From positions 7,852,784 to 7,916,783 of the forward strand of contig CM121341.1 of NCBI GenBank assembly GCA_051530055.1: a stretch of 64,000 bases of DNA, written 5' to 3'. Source of the DNA: Neoechinorhynchus agilis. Its lineage: Eukaryota; Animalia; Acanthocephala. The notes below the pieces were generated by a model. It was given only the letters and a program-made list of their open reading frames with translations, searched no databases and was not told the origin of the DNA. A program made the translations under genes and the position numbers. Shown here piece by piece: positions 26,039 through 36,216 of this stretch; position 1 is the first letter of the stretch, and each line of letters starts with the position of its first letter.

Positions 26039-27166
26039 TTATTTGTAAAGTGATCCGAGTTGTGTGTGATGAACAGCCTCACAATTGAATCGAAATTGAT
26101 CAATGAATAAGGCAACTTCATAAATTTGTGAAGAGACGACTGTTCTTTTCGCAGTTGGACGTGATTTTAGAGCTGCACTCAAGGACAAAATTCCGTCGAC
26201 CCAAGGAGCATCAAAAGCACAGCAAGCATCTTCAGCCCTGAATCTGAAACTATCCGAGTCATTGATGATGATGACCTCGTTCACGGAATCGTGGTACAAT
26301 AAGTCGTGATTTTCTGGACGAAACAGTTTTTCCATGGTATAATACTCTTTAAAATCATCCGTCTTAAGACGCTCATGCAAGTCGATGTATCCACAAATGG
26401 GTTTGCATTTATTTGTATTTCCCCGTAGGACTAAAAACAATACGGTCCGCATCGCTCCACTTTGTAACAGAGCGACTCTTCGACGAATCTGATCAAAAAA
26501 CAAGTCATTTACTAGTTTATAGTCGATTAGGATTTCATTTGGTCTATTGTTAGCGCTTGGGAGCGAAAACCGTTTGAAGTGACCTATAGCAGTGGTTCTT
26601 AACCGGGCTTATCGGTTTTCTGAAAAAAAGATTTACATTGCAAAAAAAAGAATGAAGTAAAGAAATACCGAAATTTAAAAGAAAAAGACTTTATTTTTGG
26701 TGGAAAAATTCAAAGAGTTTCATTCTATCCGATATTTCGACAGTAAATTTTTACGACGTTCTTGATAAAGGCCGATTTAACCAAAACTCCTTCAATTTTT
26801 CCACCAGAAACAAAGATCATAATAATTCAATCTTTAAGCAAAAATACTTTACCATTTGCTGATAACATTGTTTTGTATGCAATGTATAATTTTTTGAAAT
26901 AAACAATAAATTTTCAAAAAGTCGCAAAAAATCAACGTTAAGAAACACTGGTGTCCAGGAAAGCGGTTAAATAAGCCACCACTGTTGAACGTTTTGAAAT
27001 CGCAAGAGATATTCGGAATATGGTAAGTGCACCGGTTGCCGAATCCAACGGCGTCGATTGATTCATTCGCCAGTTCCTGTTCATAGGTACAATTCACCAC
27101 AGTAACCAAGGACTGACTTGTGTTCTTCTCAACATTAGTCTTAATATCAACTTTAGATGCTTCCAT
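26039..27166 (-). CDS. CFAP299: CFAP299 (DUF4464)-like axonemal protein, split by a 361-bp hAT-like element
   Basis: ICGYIDLHERLKTDDFKEYY resembles ISGYIDYAHRLKTEDFEVYF. The frame is open from the element edge at about 26583 to 26039, and there is an upstream X-box. Confidence 0.65.
26590..26950. mobile_element. hAT-like MITE, 361 bp
   Basis: TIRs cagtggttcttaacc / cgttaagaaacactg (13/15); the TSD is not conserved. Confidence 0.65.
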
Positions 27167-27205
27167 TCGTTTTCACAGCTACGATTTACTCGAAACATTC
27201 AACCG

Positions 27206-27219
27206 GTCGCCATGGAAAC
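27206..27219. promoter_or_regulatory. RFX X-box
   Basis: GTCGCCATGGAAAC, 40 bp upstream of the CFAP299-like ATG. Confidence 0.7.
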
Positions 27220-27664
27220 CAATGCTGTGAAATTTAAAAGACCACAAAGAAGCAATTTGACGAGGGACTGGGTAACAAGTAAACTAGATCGTGCGAAAGT
27301 ACGTTGTTTACCAATAAACGTGGTGAAAACAGCAATAGTGCAACGTGGTCTTATTTGTTTTATGAGTCCGTTCGCATTTACTGTTAAAACGACTTGAAAC
27401 TTGTATTTAGCGATTTGAGACGTCTATTTTGAACCACATACATTCTAATCATTTTGCTAGACCCGAGGTAGCAATTACTCATTTATACCACTGAGTGATT
27501 TATAGTCGACAATAAGACTGAATTCGTGATCGGATCCAGAGGGAAAGGAATATATGTCGGCAACTAAACCAAAAGAGGCTCAATAAATCGTCTAGAACCC
27601 ATTTCACTAGCAGGGAACTTACGAATAAATATGATAAGTTTTCCATTTCTTGGTCATTTATGGC

Positions 27665-28335
27665 TTTTTCAACGCTATTTCGTGGTTCAAATCCGTTACC
27701 ACCAATGACGCACAACCGAAGGGAACGAAATACCGCTGAAGGGAGGAAACTCACTGATGAGTCCCGCCTCCTGGAGGTATCTGAGGATCCGGAGGAATGT
27801 ACAAACTCTTAACCGACATTAGAGACTATGTGGTTATATCACTTCTCTGATGTAATTGGTTTGGATTTATGCCTAAAAAAATAAGCCCGGTATAAGGGAC
27901 AAACTAAATTTAATGATGATTTGAAAACAAACCGGTTTGCCAGTAAAAAACCTTAAAATAGAATACAGCGCTCACCCTGAATCGATAAACTGGCTGAGTT
28001 TGACATTTCGTAGTTGTGTCGAGGTGGTCAAGTAGACTAATGCCCATGATCCCGATTAGGGGTCAAGTGGTTCCAATCCGTTACCACCAATGACGCACAG
28101 CCAAAGGGGAAGAAATACCGCTGAAGGGAGGAAACTCACTGATGAGTCCCGCCTCCTGGAGGTATCTGAGGATCCGGAGGAATGTACAAACTCTTAACCG
28201 ACATTAGAGACAATGTGGTTATATCACTTCTCTGATGTAATTGGTTTGGCTTTATGCCTAAATAAATAAGCCGGACAAGAAAGGGATTGACTAAAAATTG
28301 AATGATGACAACAACACCGGCTTGCCAGTAAAACT
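27665..28335 (+). mobile_element. Two tandem SINE-containing units (~384-bp period)
   Basis: Same head, core and tail B as 24345-25577; ttgccagtaaaa recurs 384 bp apart. Confidence 0.75.
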
Positions 28336-28449
28336 TAAAAAAGCTATTTCGCTAGAAAATTTACCAGTAATACCGACTAAACTACCTCCTGATTGAGTGA
28401 TTACAATTTAAATAGAAAAAGTATTTAAAAACATTCACGCAACCGCTTT

Positions 28450-28900
28450 GGATAACTCAGCTGCCGTCCTGGTGTAACGGTCGAAAGGATGGATGCAGCG
28501 TTTCGATCGCCAGTGATTCGTCTCAATCTCTTAGACAATTGTTTGACCAGGTCCTGCGCCGCAGTACCAAGCGGCCCGAGTGTCTCGACGCCAATGATTT
28601 CGACTCAGGTCCCTGTATTTTGTCTTTTCAACAATCCCCAGCGGCAAATTTTATGTTGCTAACGACGAGAATGCTGTGACACTATCCGGTCTACGGTCAT
28701 CGATTCGGCGAAGATTGCTCGGCTCTAGGATGTTGGGCGAATTCACAGTATTAAGGGCACGACTAAGAGCATTGCGTTCACTTCGGCGTGTCGTGAGTGC
28801 CTCCCGCCTAATTTTCGAGTCTCCACGGTCGCTTCGCAATGCCAGCGATACAATCCTCAATGTCGCTTCAAATAGGGAGCTATTTTTGTGATCTCGAGTT
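28450..28900 (-). mobile_element. CRE-like non-LTR retrotransposon 3' fragment (RLE endonuclease region)
   Basis: NILEPSNLRRIDDRRPD matches EP.GL.R.DGKRPDG; also IGVETLGPLGTAAQDLVKQLSKRLRRITGD. Confidence 0.75.
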
Positions 28901-29836
28901 TACTAAAAGACGGTAGGATTTGCTTTTCAGCGTGCTACTGAATGCGGCTAAAACTGAACACTATTTTCATGCTTATTCTCTTAACCAGTATATTCTAATT
29001 GACAAAGAAATAAATAGAATACTATCGATTGCTATTCAAATATAGAAAATATTTTATTGAAATATTCTGAAATCGGAAGTACCGCACCGTCATTCATTGT
29101 TTGATAATTCATTAAAATATTTTCTATTCTTCGGATTACGATCACCACATCTCCAACTCTTTCGAACAAATTTTTATCGGTGATTAATGACTAGAAATGT
29201 GTTTATCGATTGAGAAATTGTTAAGAAAGTCATGTGATTGTATCCGGTAGATTTCTTTTATGAAATTTGACAATAATAAAACTGGAGAGATAAATAGTTT
29301 TTCTATTTAAGATATGAACAAATCATCAAGACAAAATCCTTCGGAATGATGGAGTTGGAAATGTGGAGGTCATAAACCGCCGCCGGGTAGAAAATATTTT
29401 ATTGAAATATTCTGAAATCGGAAATCTCGCTTTTAGATCGCGAATCCAAGATTATTGGTCACTGTTTCGGGACTTACATTTCAAACTCATGAAAATCAAC
29501 TTCTTTTAGTTAGATGAATACGATCTACAACTCCATTTTTATTTAAAAACATATAAATATAAAGGCCATACGATTTAATGATCAAGAGAAAATCCTTCGG
29601 GATGGCAGAGTTAAAAAGATTTGGCGAAAATACTCCGTTTGAGATGAAATTGAAAGAATTTTATTAAACCCGATATTTCGCGAAAAAATCTTGAGTATTC
29701 AAAAAGCGCAAATTCCTTCAATATTTCCGCCACGGATCGAAATATCTCAATAAGATATCTTCTATCCTTTGGATTATGATCGCCACATCTTTAACATTAA
29801 ACGAACATTCATTATTACTGTTGGGTGAAACGAGAT

Positions 29837-30003
29837 TTGTTTTGTGCGGACACCCAGACGTTTTTTATTATGCAAATTTTCGGAGAGCAAAGTCTCCCTC
29901 CTCAGTCATTAATAACAAACAATGACCAAAAGCCTGAAGAGGGAGACTTTGCTCCCCGGAAATTTGCATAATAAAAAACGTCTGGGTGTCCGCACAAAAC
30001 AAA
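29837..30003. mobile_element. Inverted pLTR-like pair with a minimal hammerhead
   Basis: Arms about 29837-29910 / 29921-30003. The minus strand reads aatga CTGAGGA g ggaga ctttgc tctcc GAAA at T T gcat AATAAA. Confidence 0.7.
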
Positions 30004-30102
30004 TTAAACGAACAACGACGGCAGTAGTGTTCTTTCGTATTTTCGAGTGTCCACATCACGTCATTTTGAGATTTGTTGTTTGGTGTCCATAAACGATCCG
30101 TA

Positions 30103-30713
30103 ATGGTATTCGATTGTTGTTGTTGTTTGTTTGTTTACGTCATTTTTTTAGCCTCCACATGGGAAAAACAGTAAAATGATGGCTCACATCAACTATAGAA
30201 TGCGATGTGTCCTTCAGGATGGCCGTAGTCTTGTTGGAACATTTAAGGCCTTTGACAAACACATGAACATTGTCTTGTGCGACTGTGAAGAGTTTCGTCG
30301 GATAAAGACAAAGTCGAATGAAGAGCCTCGTGAAGAGAAGAGGACTCTCGGAATGGTCATTGTTAGAGGCGATCGATTGATTTCAATGACGGTAGAAGGA
30401 CCTCCTCCTCGCGATGACGTAACAATGGCTAGAATTCCTACTGGTCAGACGTCTTTTGGCACTGCATTTCTGGGCGCTGGAGGGCAAGGAAGGGCCGTCG
30501 GACGAGGAATGCCCGGTACTTTGGGTCTACAGGGTCCTACAATGGGCGTTGGTGGCCCTGGTATTCAGCAAATGGCGCCCGCTGGTCGTGGAATGCCTTT
30601 TATGAGTGGTCCACCGCCTCCGCATCCGCCAGGTACGCATTTTCTCTTTTTTTACTTAATCTTAGTTTAAACATGCAGGTCCACCACCACCACCACCTCC
30701 TCCTCCGATGTGA
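30103..30713 (+). CDS. SNRPB: Small nuclear ribonucleoprotein SmB; exons 30103-30105, 30152-30632, 30679-30713
   Basis: [22 protein letters not shown]...[17 protein letters not shown] Sm domain, Gly/Pro-rich tail and two 46-nt GT-AG introns. Confidence 0.95.
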
Positions 30714-30733
30714 AAATAAAACATTATTTGTTG

Positions 30734-33700
30734 TTATGGCATTTCACCTCCACCGTAAATCAAACAATCTTTTGAATTATCCGGGCACGAACATATCCGT
30801 TTCATGTAGATATCGGGGTTTGGTAAACACATCATCGACCCCGGACATCCGCCTTTATCCTTCGCACAAGCGTTTGTAACTATTTTTTGCTTTATTTCTT
30901 TGAGAAGCTTTAAGGGATTATACCTGACGGACATGAAGAAAAAACGGTCGCTAGTCCATATGGAACATTGGGAAAGGGAGCTTTGTATACACGAGCCGTC
31001 GAATCATTTCCATGAGATGGAATAACACCCACTATATTCCTAAAAGTACTCCTTCAATGAATGGCATCCGAAGCCCAAAAGCTATACCTTCTCCAATCAG
31101 TCCAGTATATATGAGAATGACCTGTATTTAAGCGGGCCTTTTAGATTTATACTCGGTTCGATTTAATTTTTAACTACAACTTTACTAAAGGTTTTCGTGA
31201 GTGAAAAGGCAATGAGCTTAAAAACTGGCTCGTTTGTTTGCGCAGAAAGTTGAGATTCAAACTATAGAACTAATGCAGTCAAGTGCTCAAGAGCGTGACT
31301 ATATTCGACTATTCTGTGTCGATCGTCAAGATCAGAATGGGCGAAGTGGGAACATTCCTGGACTACAAAAGCGTTCTAAGTACGTTTTACAGATCTTCGT
31401 TTGTAAGATTTCTCTCGTGAAATATCTATCTCATATTGGAGCCAAAGAACATAATGAATATTTCAGGTTTGCTAAAAGGTCCGCTTTATGTAGCGATTGA
31501 GAACATATAGCTGTCGTCATCACGGTATAGAGTCCGTCTATTGTTTCCATCAGATCTGACGCATTCAATCAATTTAGTTCCCGCGTCCACCCAACACAGC
31601 TCACCAAGTCTGTGATTGTAAGCAATGCCATTCGGCATTTTTATTCTACCTGAGACAATCACATGACGGTCCGTACCATCCATATTAGCTCGTTCAATTC
31701 TGGGGTTTCGACTGTCCAAATCAGTCCAAAATATAAATCCTTCTTCAGGATTAACAGCAATACTTCTCGGTTTTGAAATCCCCTGTGAAACTATGGTTTT
31801 CCGTTTACGGCCATTCATCGAGCTTGCATATATTCTCTTTTCTTTAGAATCTACCCAAAAGATAAGACGTGAAATTGGGTCTACCGCAATTCCTTCCGGT
31901 TGACTAAGATCTAAGAATTTAAACAACTCAATAATCAATTTTGTACCGTAAAAAGCTTACTTGAAATCGCGTATTTGTAATGGTCGTTTTGAAGGTTATA
32001 CCATACAATAGAACGAGAATTAGCGTCGGTCATGTACAACTTCATTGTTCGACAATCAAATGATACACTGAGTGCTGCATGTATAGATCTTCAATTTTTT
32101 AAAGAAAAATTAAAGCAACAAGCACCTTTGATCAATATTTTGTGATAATTCTCAGGTCTTACGATGGGCATCATAAAAGGTTGGTATTTTATGACATGTT
32201 CATTTTGATTAAGCACTAAAAAGACTTCTCGGTCCCCTATCGCTGCCGGATAGCATCTTTGTTTTATTAGTGGGCAAAAACAGTCAAAAAAGATTGTTAT
32301 ACCTTCGTCCATTGCCGACGAAGCCGATTTTGCATCGACATATCTGCTCTCTGAAGTACTCGCTGTAGACGCATATCGCGTTCAAATCACAACCCATGTT
32401 ATCCAACTCACAGGAATCTAAATAAGAGCAGTTCGGTTTCTTGGAACCATGTTTATCTTTAAAAAAAGAATATTATGGAAAGGTTGCCCTCCTCTGATTC
32501 CTTTTCAGACAACCGAAGAAAAGCTTCCTGACGAAGACGCAAGGCGTCGAAAATTTGAAGCAATAAACAAATAAAACACCCATTTTCCGTTCGATAATAA
32601 ATCTGGTTTAAAAAAAGGAGCTTTATTATGTACATGAAGCACAGAAGAGGCAATCTCGACTGAAAAGCTTTGGGGAATGATGAACCGACTAACTACACCG
32701 ATCTCCTCTAAAGAGTCTTAGATGTTAGTGTATGGTTTGTGGCTGTACAAATCCCGAATACTGAACTTTTCAGATAACATTGATATCCATCTCCCACGTA
32801 TCCAGCCCGACATCGACACATATGTCGTTGAAGAAGACTTTGATAGATACAATCGGCATTAGCGTGACAGTTGTTAAAGTCCATACAGCTCCTGACTGTA
32901 CGAATTTGAGTCCAGAAAGTGATCGATTTCCGTATCGGACTAACCGTTGGGTACACAAAAGAAGCCGTCGCCAACGAACCCAGGATTGCATGTGCAAAAC
33001 TGAGTGTACGCCTTTTTTGAGTCCGGAACGCACTTTGCGTTCGGTCCACATTGATTGTTTCTAACACAGTTCATCTTCTTGCACTTGTATCCATCGCCTA
33101 TGAAACCTATCATAATTCACTTTAACGAGAATTTCTCATTTATAAAGAAAACCTTTTCGGCATTTACATGTATGCTTATGCATGTCCGTGTCAAAATAAC
33201 AATCCGCATTTTCATCGCAGTTGTGGAACGCATTGCATTCCATTGGAGTGCATCTAAAATTCGATAAAATTAGTCTTAAAGAAAATAGAGTTTAACTCAA
33301 ATTTCCATCAAAAAATCAGCTGAATCATACATTGGTGACTAAATGCTCTTCAGAACTTCAATGAGTTCTCGCCCATTCCAGAGATGTTACTAATCCCGTC
33401 GATTAATACTAAAATGGATAACCACTCCTTTGGTTCAATCCCTTCGACATGCAAATGCGGTGCTGAGAAAAGAGCCAAAACGATACTAAGATCAATCGCC
33501 ACTAGCGTTTTGGCAACAACATTCCATTTCTCCTCGAGTCGATTAATTTAAGGAAATATGACGGGAAAAGACCGAACAGTTCGGAGGGGAACTATTTCCT
33601 TGGTACTTCACCTCCTCGAATACGATTGCTAAGACAAAAATTTCCCTTGTAGTTTCATGGGCCAGTGAAGTAGCGAAAAAAGGGAGAAATACAATTGCAT

Positions 33701-34755
33701 CGATCCGTAGCTCAATATTACCGCAGAATTTCTTTAACAAAGGTTGGAGCAGCTCACAATGTTTATCAGAGAATCAGCGATTCAGAAAGGGAGTGCTAGA
33801 TCCTCGAGGCAGTGGAAGATAAAGATGTTTCGTCGTTCCGATGCGCTGTTATCAAATAAATTCAATTTTTATATTGTAGAAATTTGTCAGTATTACAATT
33901 CATTTATGTAGAAAGTTTCTCTTTTTTAAGACGTGCTACTGGTAAAATTTCAACTCACGTATCTCCATCGCCGACGAATCCATCCCTGCAAACACAATAA
34001 AATTCTGTTTCAGTTAATTTCGTGCAGACAGCAAAACGACTGCATCTTTCTCCACTGGAACAACCTAAATTTGTTGGTCCCGGAAAGTGCGTATACGATT
34101 AAAAAAAGACTTACTGATCATTCTATTCTTTGGCATACAACTATATTTGAGAATGCAATTGTTTCCAACGTTTCCGAACCTTGGATCATATTGAAGGTCG
34201 CACTCTCGGTGCAATCGTGTTGGCTGGCAAACTCCCTCCGGACAATAAATATCATTGCAAATTTCACCTTCGCCTATTATTGAGATATATTAACTATAAG
34301 AAAAGATACAAACTTTGTTCCATTGTATCACTGTAATCAACGATTCGGACATTATCGTTTGAATCGAAAATACTCAACAAAGAAGCTTCATGATCTGCGT
34401 CGTTCTCAAGACTACTTAAGCACCTTTCAACTCCATTGTCGTTATAATCACATTTTGTAGATTTGCGCGATAGCTCATCAGAAACTTCGGTGTCCCCGGC
34501 CGATGAATAGTCGTAGTCAGTTTCGATGAAGTTCTTGTCAAACTTCAAAAGTTTTTTATGTCGAAGAGAAAAAATGGGGCTGCTGTAAATGTAGTTCACA
34601 GTTATATCCCCATCAAAACTCTTCTCGTATTCTCTCATAATGCCTTTATCAACTGTTTGCCGCCGCGATCGACTTGGTCCACAAATAGCCGAACTATCTA
34701 TTGAGAATTGTACAAACGAAATGAGAACGTAAAGAGATTGGTAAGCAAATTTCAT
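30734..34755 (-). CDS. NID: Nidogen-like protein: signal peptide, about 5 EGF repeats, LY/YWTD propeller and terminal EGF; no NIDO or G2 domain seen; exon interrupted by a TIR element
   Basis: QPEGIAVDP...FWTD...NPRIERANMDG...MPNGI...LCWVDAGTKLIEC is colinear with nidogen G3, and the C-terminus is YGLATVFSSCP...CSCPDN. Exons were joined by hand. Confidence 0.75.
31128..31488. mobile_element. 361-bp TIR element inside a nidogen exon
   Basis: TIRs ttaagcgggccttttag / ctaaaaggtccgcttta (15/17); flanks tgtat / tgtag. Confidence 0.8.
32523..32561 (+). ncRNA. Minimal type I hammerhead ribozyme (Penelope-type), intact, antisense within a nidogen intron
   Basis: gcttc CTGACGA a gacgc aag gcgtc GAAA at T T gaagc: 5-bp stem I, 5-bp stem II, palindromic AATT stem III, then AATAAA. 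Confidence 0.8.
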
Positions 34756-34948
34756 TAATAAAGTCAAAAACCCGGGTTTTAGTGGTGCAAATGTGAAAAA
34801 TAGGAGCAAACTGTTTGTAGATTTTTGTTTCTTTAAAGAGGTAATAAAATCGTGAAAAAGTTAAAGTTACATTTCGAGATAAAAGTAATCCATGCCGAAA
34901 GTTTTGTATTCTAAAGAATGTTCAATTACTAAAGAAGAGCTAACTAGG

Positions 34949-36216
34949 CTAGATGAAAGTCAAATTGGATCGTTGTTTCTCGACATATTGGAACACTGAC
35001 CATTTATTTTCCTGCTCTGATGTTCTCCGCCTAACCAGACGATTCTATCCACGGTCCAACCGATATCAAAATTCCTAAAATCACTCACATTAGACGCATT
35101 CCTTTCTGTTCGTAATCGATAACCTGCTAATAGAGACGGTGCGACTATCAAGGGACTGCAGTCGTCTTCCATTTCTATCGCTGAAATCAATCCAACCGCT
35201 GTTACACCTAAGACTGGTTGTATTGGTTAGACATTCCGGATCAATACAGGGTTCTCGGATCATAAGATGCGTCTCTCTGGGTTCCAGAACAATATGATAT
35301 TCGTAGTCATCTACCTATGACAAAAGAAATTCTATCAATTAAACTTCAAGTTAATCATGCCTCTCCAATCGATACGTCGTCTAATTTTCGGCTTGTAAAT
35401 TTGACTTTTACAGTTTCGACCGGCTCACCAATACTCACTTCGTCCCTAGTTAGACGAGGAATTTTATAAATATATACTTTATCCAGAGTTCTCTACCTTT
35501 TTATATGAATGAGTTCGCTTAGATTAATAAGAGGATCGCATTTGAGAAGTACAAGGCTTATTACTTCACATCCTTGCAATTCCTGATATCCTGAGTTACA
35601 ATTGGAGAGTAGAATATGGCCATGTCGATCAATCTTAAGTTCAAAGATAAGTACGACTGAAATATTCAAAAGATCGGATAGCCGGCAAAGTCATTTTTAG
35701 TGCAAAAATATCTTTTTTTCCATAAATCCATTGCGAATTCAGCGGTTTGTCGCGATTTAAATTACTGAATTAAATTGAGCGGTCTATTCTAATCGTCCTC
35801 AAGAACATGAGGATTTTTCAAGTGTTAAATTTATTAATATCTAAAGCTTTTAATATGTTGCAATGTAGTACCCGATTTTTTAACTTTGATAAATTTGAAA
35901 TAAAATTTCAGAGTAACTAATCGTCGGATTCAAAATTTAATCGTAAAACATAAATAAGCGACCTCGAAATCTTATGGATCAATAAGAGAACGAATGTTTC
36001 TCTCGAAAATATTACTAAAATATGGCAATGACCGGACGAATTTTCTACTAATGAAAAAGTACTAACCATTAGGTTTGTATAAGCCACTTTATCAACATAA
36101 ACACTTGCGGTTAACTGTATCGGTGAACTGGCGGAGTGTTGCCTTGTATTAATTAAAATTGTGGTCGTTAAAATATGAAATAAAAAAATTGTATCGATTG
36201 TGATTGCCATTCTCAT
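34949..36216 (-). CDS. Uncharacterised multi-exon gene, hydrophobic N-terminus, possibly secreted; includes a probable GC-AG intron
   Basis: In-phase exons LCRLSDLL...HIKR | DEVSIGE... | VDDYEY...EP | CVTAVG...NASN | NRLVRRR...FI* separated by 41-50 nt introns. The 5' exons are uncertain. Confidence 0.45.

Noticed and set aside
27725-27815. Canonical hammerhead in the SINE core
   Set aside because: Each fold tried lacks U16.1-H17, G10.1-C11.1 or an intact GAAA; kept only as hammerhead-like.
28020-28090. SINE head as a functional tRNA gene
   Set aside because: A and B boxes are present, but there is no proper cloverleaf or anticodon arm, and it is always attached to the SINE body.
31125-31490. 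Standard U12-type AT-AC intron
   Set aside because: The 5' end ATAAAGCG does not match ATATCCTT, and the branch-site match is poor.
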